A stretch of DNA of 64,000 bases from Chitinophagaceae bacterium (GTDB taxonomy: Bacteria > Bacteroidota > Bacteroidia > Chitinophagales > Chitinophagaceae). The position numbers and the translations under genes are program-made. The DNA lies in assembly GCA_041916555.1 (NCBI GenBank), contig JAYRZH010000002.1, positions 4,612 through 68,611 on the forward strand. Direction: 5' to 3'. The notes under the pieces were generated by a model. That model was given only the letters and a program-made list of their open reading frames with translations. It ran no database searches and was not told where the DNA came from. Each line of letters begins with the position of its first letter. The stretch's first letter is position 1. Positions 10,743-19,646 of the stretch are shown here, piece after piece.

Positions 10743-10795
10743 AAAAAAGCGACCCCCGGATAGCATAAGCAGTCAGAAAAGATTTGGGGGGTCGC
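10743..10795 (-). terminator. Terminator-like GC-rich hairpin with a large loop, followed by a U-run on the minus strand
   Basis: GCGACCCCC (10749-10757) is complementary to GGGGGTCGC (10787-10795). On the minus strand the hairpin is followed by TTTTTT (the complement of the A-run at 10743-10748). Confidence 0.45.
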
Positions 10796-10896
10796 CTATA
10801 TTTCACCTTTTCCCAGCATGGCTGGGATAAACCAACTATGTAAAAGAGACACCTCGACCGTTCAAGGTGCTGCATAGAAATTAAGAAATAAGGGAT

Positions 10897-10952
10897 AATA
10901 AAAATGAAATAAGGAAGCCGGAGAGACTCCGTACTTCCTCATTCCTTATTTC
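10897..10952 (-). terminator. Terminator hairpin of the RND operon; member of the AAATAAGGAAG...TACTTCC repeat family
   Basis: GAAATAAGGAA (10906-10916) pairs with TTCCTTATTTC (10942-10952), with an inner CGGAG/CTCCG stem. On the minus strand it is followed by ATTTTTATT. It lies 26 nt after the RND stop codon. Confidence 0.6.
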
Positions 10953-10977
10953 TTATTCTTTACTTCTTCTTTTCTGC

Positions 10978-13900
10978 TCAGAACCAACTCCCCACAAAGG
11001 ACTCATCGGCTTTGGCACCGAGTTTCCGTTTCCGGCGTTTAACCGAAATCCTGTGGATGAACATGCTGATAAACATAAGCGGGATAAAGAGCAGGATCAG
11101 CGGGGGGATACCCAGGAAGGAAACCCATTTTCCACCATACTGTCTGCGCATCGGTCTTCTCAACCTTTCCGCGATGAGGTACATACTTGGTACGATCATC
11201 AGGGTCATGAAGAAGGCAAAGATCAAACCAAAGATGATGGTCCAGGACAGGGGCTTCCAGAACACCGCGTTGTCACCTCCAAAGAAGATATGCGGGTTGA
11301 GGTCGGAGAACATCGTAACGAAATTGATGTTCAAACCCACGGCCAGCGGAATAAGTCCCAGTATGGCGGCCACCGCGGTAAGCAATACCGGGATGATACG
11401 GGTTTTACCCGCCTGTATAACAGCTTCCCTGGTCTTCATACCTCTTGACCTCAATTCATCGGCAAACTCGATCACAAGGATACCATTCTTCACCACAATA
11501 CCCGCAAGACCCACAATACCGATACCTGTCATAACCACAGATACTTCCATTTTGGTAATCGCAAAACCTAACAATACCCCAATCACACTAAATACGATCT
11601 CCGTCAGGATAATCACCGATTTGCTTACAGAGTTAAACTGAAGTACCAGGATAAACAGGATCAGCATTAGGGCGATCACCAGCGCTTTACCAAGGAATTC
11701 CCCGGTTTCCTGCTGCTGTTCCCCTTCACCTGTCTGCGCAATATTAACCCCATCGGGTTTCCCTTTGAAATCGGCAATATGTTTGGCGAGTTCAATGTTA
11801 ACAGCAGTTGGTGTATATCCCTGTGTTTCTAAAACGTTTGAGGTAAGTGTGATTACACGCTTATAATCCTTCCGTTTAACACTACCCAGGGTACTCGTGA
11901 GGTCGAGTTTTACCAGTGAACTGATCGGGATATTCTTTACAGCGCCACCCGCGGCAAAATCCTGGAAAGAAATATTCATGTTCAACAGGTCAACCAGGTT
12001 CTTCCGTTGCAATTCCTGGTTTCTCAATTGAATCTTATATTCATCTTCGCCATCTTTGATCTTGGAAACCTCACGGCCAAATAAGGCAGTGCGGATCTGC
12101 TGACCGATCTGTCCGGTGGAGACCCCTTCAATGAGGGCCCTTTCCCGATTGATGGTCAGGGTAATTTCAGGGTTGGTCAGGTCCACATCCATTTTCAACT
12201 CTTCCACACCGGGCACCTGGATGGAATCCAGGTAATTTTTCAGCGAAACAGCCGTCTTGATCAATTCATCAAAGTCCTCACTGGCCACTTCAATATTGAT
12301 CGGGGGTTCGGTAGGCGGACCATTTTGTTCCTGGTCAACCGTAATCTCCGCGCCGGGTACCCCCTTGATCACTGCCCGGATAGAGTCGAGGAATGGCGCC
12401 GTGGATTGACCATGACGTTTTTCAAATTCCACAAAGGAAACCTGGATACGGCCACGTTCCGGACGGGTACTTTGGTCTCCCGAGGTAGGATCGTTTGCCC
12501 CAACGGCTACGTTGGCAATCACACTCTCCACCAGCGGGTTCTTCTTGCCATTTTCCATATCCAGTACCTTGAACACTTTTTTCTCCAGTGTCTTTGTTAC
12601 TGAATCGGTGTATTCAATGTCTGTACCAACCGGAAGCTTGAGGTAAACATAGATCTGGTTGGGATCGCCTCCGGGGAAGAACACTACCGCCGGGCTACGC
12701 ACGGCAAACAAACCGATTGAAAAAATGAGCAGGCCAAAAGTTCCTACCAGCAACCATACCGGTCTCCACCCTTTCAGGGCCCAGCGCAACAGCGATTCGT
12801 AATGACCCATGATCCAGGGAAGGGCATGGTCCTGGAAATACTTAACCATTCCTTCAAGCAGGTATTTATCCAATACTCCCAGCAGGGCCAGGAACAGGAT
12901 CAGGTTACCAAGGAAGGTAAATCCAGATAGGTCTAACAATATCCCCAAACCAACGGCTACCCAGAAAATCGGGCTTTTGAAAATTGCCGATTTGGGTTTT
13001 TTATTATCTTCTTCATCATGGTTCATGAAATCCACAGCAAATACCGGGTTCATGATAAAGGCCACCACCAGTGAAGCAGTAAGTGTAAAAATCAACATGG
13101 TGGGCAGGTAGATCATGAATTTACCAATGATCCCCGGCCAGAACAACAAGGGGAAGAACGGAGCGAGAGTAGTAAGCGTACCAGCCAACACAGGGATAAA
13201 TACTTCCCCGGCGGCCATGATTGCTGATTTCTCGGAACTGATCTTTCCCTTACCCTGAACAAATATCCGGTGGGTGTTTTCAATCACCACAATGGCATCA
13301 TCTACAATGATACCCAACCCAAAGAGCAGGGCAAAGAGTACGATAAAGTTGAGGGTCACATGTCCGCCCACGATCAGATCGGCCGCGGGCAGGAAGATAA
13401 AGGCTACAAACATACTCAACGGCACCGACAGGGCCACAAAGAAGGCGTTGGTCACACCCATAAAGAACATCAGGATCACCAACACGAATATGAATCCGAG
13501 TACAATGGTATTGACCAGGTCGGTAAAGGAAGTTTGGGCCGCTTTACTTTGGTCACCTGTGATATCGATCTTGAGGTCAGGCGGAAACTGCGAATCCTGC
13601 ATGCCTTTCACCACTTTCTGAACAGCCTGTGAGGTCTCGATCAGGTTCTCCCCGGCACGTTTGATGATGTTGAGGGTGATCACATTCTTTCCATCCAGCC
13701 GCGCATAACTCTCTTTCTCTTTCACGGTATCCCTGATCTCCGCAATATCTTTCAGATAGATCGGCGAACCCTGGTGGTTACGCAATACAATTTTCTCGAT
13801 ATCAAAAGCTGTTTTCAATTGCCCCTTTAACTGAAGGGTGCGTTTCATATTCCCCACTTCCAGCAAACCACCGGAGATGTCGAGGTTTTCCCGGGCAACC

Positions 13901-14559
13901 GCATTGGCAATATCATCATAAGTGACTCCGGAAGCCTGCAGACGCTTATTGTCCACATTGATCTGGAATTCCCTTTCGGGGGAACCAACAATGTCCACCC
14001 TGTTGATCTGGGTCAGTTCCTCCAGTTTATCCTGAAGGTCTTTGGCGTATTTATCCAATCGAACCACATCATAATTACCACTTACGTTAACATACATGAT
14101 GGGTTGATCGGAGAAGCTCACCTCCAATACGGTAGGCTCCTGGGTAAGGTCAGTTGGCAGGTCGGTTTTAGCCTTGTCCACCGCATCCCTCACCTTTTGC
14201 AGGGCTATATCTGTTTTAACATCGGTATTAAACTCCACAATGATGGCCGAGAAATCCTGCAGGGAGTTACTCGTTACCTTGTTGATTTTGGCCCCGGTAA
14301 TTCCCTTGATCTCTTTCTCAATAGGCTGGGTCACCAGATTCTCTATATCCTTGGGAGAGTTCCCTACATATACGGTTTGAACATAAATGGTAGGTATGAC
14401 AATATCCGGAAACTGTTCCTTAGGAAGCGTAACGAACTGGTAAAGACCCATAAGGCTCACAAATACCATGATCAGGTAAATGGAGGTCTTGTTCTTGATA
14501 CTCCAGGTCGTTGGCTTGAACTGTTTAAATTTTTCTTTTATATAGTGTGTAGCACTCAT
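10978..14559 (-). CDS. Efflux RND transporter permease (AcrB/HAE family), unusually long at 1193 aa
   Basis: 'GLGIIVDDAIVVIENT' plus a duplicated arrangement of periplasmic and transmembrane domains. It lies downstream of the MFP and TolC genes. Confidence 0.9.
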   Translation of the reverse strand: MSATHYIKEKFKQFKPTTWSIKNKTSIYLIMVFVSLMGLYQFVTLPKEQFPDIVIPTIYVQTVYVGNSPKDIENLVTQPIEKEIKGITGAKINKVTSNSLQDFSAIIVEFNTDVKTDIALQKVRDAVDKAKTDLPTDLTQEPTVLEVSFSDQPIMYVNVSGNYDVVRLDKYAKDLQDKLEELTQINRVDIVGSPEREFQINVDNKRLQASGVTYDDIANAVARENLDISGGLLEVGNMKRTLQLKGQLKTAFDIEKIVLRNHQGSPIYLKDIAEIRDTVKEKESYARLDGKNVITLNIIKRAGENLIETSQAVQKVVKGMQDSQFPPDLKIDITGDQSKAAQTSFTDLVNTIVLGFIFVLVILMFFMGVTNAFFVALSVPLSMFVAFIFLPAADLIVGGHVTLNFIVLFALLFGLGIIVDDAIVVIENTHRIFVQGKGKISSEKSAIMAAGEVFIPVLAGTLTTLAPFFPLLFWPGIIGKFMIYLPTMLIFTLTASLVVAFIMNPVFAVDFMNHDEEDNKKPKSAIFKSPIFWVAVGLGILLDLSGFTFLGNLILFLALLGVLDKYLLEGMVKYFQDHALPWIMGHYESLLRWALKGWRPVWLLVGTFGLLIFSIGLFAVRSPAVVFFPGGDPNQIYVYLKLPVGTDIEYTDSVTKTLEKKVFKVLDMENGKKNPLVESVIANVAVGANDPTSGDQSTRPERGRIQVSFVEFEKRHGQSTAPFLDSIRAVIKGVPGAEITVDQEQNGPPTEPPINIEVASEDFDELIKTAVSLKNYLDSIQVPGVEELKMDVDLTNPEITLTINRERALIEGVSTGQIGQQIRTALFGREVSKIKDGEDEYKIQLRNQELQRKNLVDLLNMNISFQDFAAGGAVKNIPISSLVKLDLTSTLGSVKRKDYKRVITLTSNVLETQGYTPTAVNIELAKHIADFKGKPDGVNIAQTGEGEQQQETGEFLGKALVIALMLILFILVLQFNSVSKSVIILTEIVFSVIGVLLGFAITKMEVSVVMTGIGIVGLAGIVVKNGILVIEFADELRSRGMKTREAVIQAGKTRIIPVLLTAVAAILGLIPLAVGLNINFVTMFSDLNPHIFFGGDNAVFWKPLSWTIIFGLIFAFFMTLMIVPSMYLIAERLRRPMRRQYGGKWVSFLGIPPLILLFIPLMFISMFIHRISVKRRKRKLGAKADESFVGSWF

Positions 14560-14586
14560 AAACGTTGATTAAAGGTTGAAACGGGA

Positions 14587-15774
14587 TTATTTCACCGAAG
14601 TGGTCAGGGGTTGTCCGTCATAAAGCCCCTGGAAACCTTCCGTGATCAGTTGATCGCCTTCGGCCAAACCGCTTTTCACTTCCAGTTTATCCCCATATAA
14701 TTCTCCGATATCTACCCGTTTTTTGCGAGCGATAAGTCGATTTCCTTCCTTAATGGCTACCAGTACAAATTTTCCCTGGTCGTCATTTTGAAGGGTATTG
14801 ACCGGAATGGTAATCACACTGGGAGCGGAATAATCCTGAATTCTGACCAGGGCGATCTGGTTGGGTCTGAATCCTCCCCCAGGTACCGGCGCTTCTACAT
14901 AAAAGGAACGGCTCAGCGGATCGATCACGGGACCAGATACGCTGACACGGGTAGTGATGGTTTTATTGGACTCAGGCAATTGAACCAGCATGGTACTGCC
15001 AACCCCAACGCGGCCAAGATAATTTTCCGGAACATTCACTACTGTTTTCAGGTTGCCGGAGTTAACAATGCGAATACCCCTCATGCTTGCCGAAGTAGCG
15101 GAAAATGCCTCCCCGACTTTAATGGTTACCTGATCGGCCACACCAGCCATTTCCGCATATACATTGGTAAAGCTCAGTTGTTCCTGGGCCAGGGCCAGTT
15201 GTTTTTTCAATTGCTCCACATTATTCTTTGCACTCAACAACTGCACTTCGGTGCCAATACTCTGGCTCCACAGGTTCTGTTGACGCTTGTAGAGGTCCTC
15301 AGCAAATGCCAGTTGGGTTTCCACCTGGTCGATCTGTTTGCGTTCAACCGCATCATCCAGCTTCATCAGCAACTGACCTTTTTTTACCGCCTGGCCTTGT
15401 TTTACATACAAGGCTTTAACCTGTCCACCCATACCACGTGGAGTGACATAGGCAATATTCTCCGATTCCACCATCCCTTGCAGGTCGATATAGTGGGTGA
15501 ATTCTCCTTTTGACAAGGCAGTGAGTGCCACCAGTTTGGATTTTTCTTCGCGGGCTGCGGTAGGGTCAAGTTTTGCGATCTCTCCCTCCAGCTTGGCGAT
15601 ATTCGCCGCCAGCGTACGCTGTTCGGCTTTCATTTTCTCCAGCTCGGCTTTTTTGTCATTCACGGCGGATTTTTCATCTTTTCCACCCCCTCCGCAAGAA
15701 GCCAGTACCAGGACAAAAAGGGCGGCCGCGGCAGTTTTGATCAGCGTATGCATATTATATTTTTTTGAGTTCAT
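14587..15774 (-). CDS. Efflux RND periplasmic adaptor (MFP) lipoprotein
   Basis: The ATG at 15774 gives 'MNSKKYNMHTLIKTAAAALFVLVLASC' (lipobox). A coiled-coil segment is followed by a beta-barrel region. The longer ORF-track start at 15846 would overlap the TolC gene. Confidence 0.85.
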   Translation of the reverse strand: MNSKKYNMHTLIKTAAAALFVLVLASCGGGGKDEKSAVNDKKAELEKMKAEQRTLAANIAKLEGEIAKLDPTAAREEKSKLVALTALSKGEFTHYIDLQGMVESENIAYVTPRGMGGQVKALYVKQGQAVKKGQLLMKLDDAVERKQIDQVETQLAFAEDLYKRQQNLWSQSIGTEVQLLSAKNNVEQLKKQLALAQEQLSFTNVYAEMAGVADQVTIKVGEAFSATSASMRGIRIVNSGNLKTVVNVPENYLGRVGVGSTMLVQLPESNKTITTRVSVSGPVIDPLSRSFYVEAPVPGGGFRPNQIALVRIQDYSAPSVITIPVNTLQNDDQGKFVLVAIKEGNRLIARKKRVDIGELYGDKLEVKSGLAEGDQLITEGFQGLYDGQPLTTSVK

Positions 15775-15784
15775 GGTTGTTGGT

Positions 15785-17191
15785 TTAGAGTTTACCGGTT
15801 GCTTTTTGGAAATCCACCCTGGCGATGATCGCATCGTACAAGGCATTGATGTAATTGGTCTGGGCTGACTTCAATTCGGTCTGCGCCTGGGTGATCTCCA
15901 GGGCCGAACCGGTACCAACCTCAAACTTTTTCTTGGTCTGGCCATATACGTTTTCTGCCAGTTCCATGTTCTTTTTCTGTTCATCAAGGGTCAGTAAAGC
16001 CGAGCGATACTTGATACGGGCCGCTTCCACTTCCTGGTCGATCATTTTCTTCAACCCGTCGATTTGCACATCAGCCTGTTGTACGGCAATCTGGGCCTGG
16101 GCGATCCGGGCCTTGGTTGAAAACCCGTTGAAGATGGGTACATTAATATTCAGGCTGATATTGGAGATCGTAAACCAATCCCCTTTGCCAAAAAAGTCAA
16201 ACTTGTTCCGCTGGGCGTTTTTCAAATAAGCCCCGGAAAGACTGACAGTAGGTATCTGGCTCAATTTGTACCGGCGTACATTGAACTCACTCAACTTCCG
16301 GCTGATTTCAGCATATTGGTAATCGGGTCTGTCGGAATAATTGAACTGGGCCAGTTCCAGTGAACCGTCCTTGATCATGTCATCAGACAAAGCATCCGTT
16401 AAAACCAACGTATCTTTTACCGGCATGCCCATCAGTACTTTAAGACCCAGGTAACCGGTCTCAATCAGGTTCAGGGCCTTGGTTTTTTCCGTTTGCAGGT
16501 TCGACCGTTGCACCTGCAACTTGTCAATATCCAGTTTTTCGGCAAAGCCATTATCAAAAAGGATGCGGGTGGTACGGGAAAGGCTGTCCACCAGTCCGAT
16601 ATTGGCATCCAGCAATTCCAATTGCCGTTTGCTGACCAGCAATTGGTAATAGATCTTGTGGATATTGGCTTTGATATTCTCTTCGGTCACTTCCACATTC
16701 TTTTCCGCCCATTCCATGGTGGTACGCCGGGCCTGAAGCCCTACAAAAACCTGTCCGTCAAAAAGGAGCTGGTTTAAAGTAATGCCCACCTGGGATGAAT
16801 ACTTGGTACCGAATTGAGCCTGGATAAAACCGAAATCCGAGGGAGATACGATCGTATTCCCGTTGCCATCCTTCACTCCCTCTGCTTCCAGCACACCATA
16901 GGTGGCGGCGGCAATAAAGTTGGGGAATGACTGGGTGGCTACGTTAGGATTGTAGGTGGCCCCAATGGTGCCATTGATGCTTGGATAGGCCGAAGCGGTA
17001 ACCTCCCGGTTCACCTCCGCCTGGTTTTTAACAGCCAGCAGGGCGTTCTTCACCTGGGCACTGTTCTTCTTGGCGTATTCGACCGCCTGTGCCAGGGAAA
17101 AATCATGCCTTTCCTGGGCCTCCGCATTGGCCCCAATGATCATCAGGGTCAGGATAAGGAGTAAGGTTGCAGTTGATTGTAGTGTCCTCAT
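15785..17191 (-). CDS. TolC-family outer-membrane efflux protein
   Basis: Signal peptide, a two-fold repeated helical/beta pattern, 'LSLAQAVEYAKKNSAQVKNA', and its position in the operon. Confidence 0.85.
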   Translation of the reverse strand: MRTLQSTATLLLILTLMIIGANAEAQERHDFSLAQAVEYAKKNSAQVKNALLAVKNQAEVNREVTASAYPSINGTIGATYNPNVATQSFPNFIAAATYGVLEAEGVKDGNGNTIVSPSDFGFIQAQFGTKYSSQVGITLNQLLFDGQVFVGLQARRTTMEWAEKNVEVTEENIKANIHKIYYQLLVSKRQLELLDANIGLVDSLSRTTRILFDNGFAEKLDIDKLQVQRSNLQTEKTKALNLIETGYLGLKVLMGMPVKDTLVLTDALSDDMIKDGSLELAQFNYSDRPDYQYAEISRKLSEFNVRRYKLSQIPTVSLSGAYLKNAQRNKFDFFGKGDWFTISNISLNINVPIFNGFSTKARIAQAQIAVQQADVQIDGLKKMIDQEVEAARIKYRSALLTLDEQKKNMELAENVYGQTKKKFEVGTGSALEITQAQTELKSAQTNYINALYDAIIARVDFQKATGKL

Positions 17192-17204
17192 AGATCCTCT
17201 TTTA

Positions 17205-17822
17205 TTAAATTGAATATTCCTTCAAATACTTCTGAATCAGTTTAAATCCTTTTGGAGTGGCAATGCCATAGGTAAAATGAACCATAATCTCCTTGGTCAC
17301 TGAAGCCACTTCATATTTGGAGGGTGGAAATACATCCATGTTAAATGGAATAAACATGCTTTCCAGCCTGTAGCGCGACAATATATCAATCGATATCTCC
17401 TCCCGGTACAATTCCTCCCGTATCCCCCGCTCCATATTCTGCTTCACCATGCTCAGAATGAATTCATTCTTATGCTTTTCAAAATGCTTGAACGCCCGGG
17501 GATGAAACTTTTGAAGATCATACACCACCACCGGGTTCATTTCCCTGATCTGCTTCAATACAGATTGCATGAGGATAAAAACCTCCTCCACGGCATTCTC
17601 AGCCGTCCGGCAACTGGACAGGCAATCCTGTTCCCCCCGACGCACATCATCCGAAACCACCGCCTCAATGAGTTGGTCCTTATCCACAAAATGCTGATAA
17701 AGGGTCTTCTTGCTCATGCCCAACTGGCCGGCTATCTCATCCATCGAAACGGAACGGATGCCATACCGCATGAACATTTCAAGTGCTTTGCCCTGTATTC
17801 TCTCTTTTACCTCCATAATCAT
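17205..17822 (-). CDS. TetR/AcrR-family transcriptional regulator
   Basis: N-terminal helix-turn-helix 'SVSMDEIAGQLGMSKKTLYQHF'. It is the first gene of the efflux operon. Confidence 0.85.
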   Translation of the reverse strand: MIMEVKERIQGKALEMFMRYGIRSVSMDEIAGQLGMSKKTLYQHFVDKDQLIEAVVSDDVRRGEQDCLSSCRTAENAVEEVFILMQSVLKQIREMNPVVVYDLQKFHPRAFKHFEKHKNEFILSMVKQNMERGIREELYREEISIDILSRYRLESMFIPFNMDVFPPSKYEVASVTKEIMVHFTYGIATPKGFKLIQKYLKEYSI

Positions 17823-17842
17823 TAATCGGGCGGCAAAACTAT

Positions 17843-17870
17843 GGAAACTTTCAACGTAGCCAAAGTTTCC
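17843..17870. promoter_or_regulatory. Candidate TetR operator: perfect 9-bp inverted repeat
   Basis: GGAAACTTT (17843-17851) and AAAGTTTCC (17862-17870) are separated by 10 nt. The repeat starts 21 nt upstream of the tetR start codon. Confidence 0.4.
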
Positions 17871-17963
17871 AGTATTATTTTTCCCAATACTTGTACAAAC
17901 GGTAACCGGGTTTCACAGAAGGTCGTGCCGCCTTAGTCTTATATTTACACTAAATCCTAAAAG

Positions 17964-18647
17964 ATGAACCCCAAACCCTCAGCAATTGGGCGCTTTACAT
18001 ATAAGAAAATACTTAGATATTTTCTTCAGGGCCTTCTCATCATGGCCCCCATTGCCATTTCGATATGGGCAATGGTCGCTCTTTTTAATTTCCTTGACGA
18101 TTTACTCCCGGGTATATTGGGTACCACCAAACAAATTGCGGTTGATACTAACGGGGACGGGGTACTGGAGATCAAAACCGTGCAAGGGCTTCCCAAAGGC
18201 ATAGGTTTTGCCATCATCATTGCATTCATCATCCTGATCGGTTATATATCCTCATTTTTTGTGGTAGGCCGGTTTGTGGAATTTTTTGAAAAGGTACTGG
18301 AGCGGACCCCCGGGGTTAAGTTCATTTATTCTTCGGTTAAGGATTTCTTTGAGGCATTTGCCGGTGACAAACGGAAATTTGACAAACCCATCCTGGTCAA
18401 TGTGATGGCGGAGGAGGTATGGCTGATCGGGTTTCTCACCAATGAGGACCTGCACCAGTTTGAATTGGGGGCCGAATACGTTTCCGCGTATGTGCCACAA
18501 GGTTACAATATCGCCGGCCAGGTTTATCTAATTAAGCGTGACAGGATCAGGCGGCTGGATGAATTATCCGCCAGTGATGCCATGAAATTTGCTGTTACCG
18601 GTGGGGTGGTTCATATTCAGGAGCCAGCACCCAACCCGGCCAAATAA
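17964..18647 (+). CDS. DUF502-family membrane protein
   Basis: Two N-terminal transmembrane helices, about 225 aa, and a C-terminal 'FAVTGGV' region. The assignment is from memory of the family architecture. Confidence 0.55.
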   Translation: MNPKPSAIGRFTYKKILRYFLQGLLIMAPIAISIWAMVALFNFLDDLLPGILGTTKQIAVDTNGDGVLEIKTVQGLPKGIGFAIIIAFIILIGYISSFFVVGRFVEFFEKVLERTPGVKFIYSSVKDFFEAFAGDKRKFDKPILVNVMAEEVWLIGFLTNEDLHQFELGAEYVSAYVPQGYNIAGQVYLIKRDRIRRLDELSASDAMKFAVTGGVVHIQEPAPNPAK

Positions 18648-18768
18648 TCATTTTTTTTCGAGGAAAATCACCCCATCTGCCGGGGTCATTTTTGCGCAGG
18701 GCCTTCTATTCCTTACGTTCTTTGTAAGGAAATTTTACTCCGTGCCCTATTCATTTTCCATACTCATT

Positions 18769-19608
18769 ATGACCACTCCATTGTACTGGGGGTTCTATGG
18801 TCATCAGTTGATCAACCGGTACGCCGTTTTCTTACTGCCGCCGGAGCTGATCGTTTTTTTTAAACCTCAGATTGAATACCTGTCGGAGCATGCGGTGGAC
18901 CCGGATAACCGAAGGTATATGGTCCCCGAGGAAGGCCCAAGGCATTATATTGACCTCGACCACTACGCCCCCCCTCCCTGGGATTCCTTACCCCGGAGCT
19001 GGTCTCGCGCGGTAGAAAAACACTCCCGGGATACTTTGGAAAAACATGGCATTGTGCCCTGGTGGGTGCAAACCATGCACCACCGGTTGGTTAAGGCCTT
19101 TCGCGATCACGATAAGCAAAAAGTACTCAAGCTGGCGGCAGAGATCGGGCATTATATCGCCGATGCGCATGTTCCCCTGCATGCCTGCAGCAACCACAAT
19201 GGACAATACACCGGACAAAAAGGAATCCATGGGCTATGGGAAAGCCGGATACCGGAATTGCTTGCCCAGGAACATTGGGATTTCTTTATAGGAAAAGCGG
19301 TTTACCTGTCAGATCCGGGAAAATTTATCTGGGAAAGGGTGGAAGAAAGTGGCCGCTCCGCTGATACGGTACTTTGGGTTGAACGGGAATTAACCAGCCG
19401 GTTCCCGCCAGACCGGAAATTTGCCTACGAACAACGGAACGGTATCCTGATCAGGCAATATTCTTCCGCCTTTACCCAGGCCTATGATGCCAATATGAAC
19501 GGAATGGTGGAGCGGCGAATGCGTGAAGCTATTTTTGCCGTTGCCTCATTCTGGTACACGGCCTGGGTGGATGCCGGAATGCCGCTGTTGAAAGAAGAGG
19601 GGTTTTAG
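18769..19608 (+). CDS. Zinc-dependent phospholipase C / S1-P1 nuclease-like family protein
   Basis: The ATG at 18769 gives 'MTTPLYWGFYGHQLINRYAV'. Histidine motifs 'RHYIDLDHY' and 'GHYIADAHVPLHA' are present. The ORF-track start at 18589 would overlap the previous gene. Confidence 0.6.
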   Translation: MTTPLYWGFYGHQLINRYAVFLLPPELIVFFKPQIEYLSEHAVDPDNRRYMVPEEGPRHYIDLDHYAPPPWDSLPRSWSRAVEKHSRDTLEKHGIVPWWVQTMHHRLVKAFRDHDKQKVLKLAAEIGHYIADAHVPLHACSNHNGQYTGQKGIHGLWESRIPELLAQEHWDFFIGKAVYLSDPGKFIWERVEESGRSADTVLWVERELTSRFPPDRKFAYEQRNGILIRQYSSAFTQAYDANMNGMVERRMREAIFAVASFWYTAWVDAGMPLLKEEGF

Positions 19609-19646
19609 GTATTCCCGGGCATGGGATCCCTCTCAATTTCATACCT

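Noticed and set aside
18589-18768. The ORF-track N-terminal extension of the phospholipase-C-like gene, which overlaps the DUF502 gene by about 60 nt.
   Set aside because: The extension has no recognisable signal or domain. The internal ATG at 18769 yields the family-typical N-terminus 'MTTPLYWGFYGH'. The same reasoning led me to trim the starts at 15846 (MFP), 27981 (SQR), 26379 (DsrE-like), 37616 (crtZ) and 62057 (HAD).
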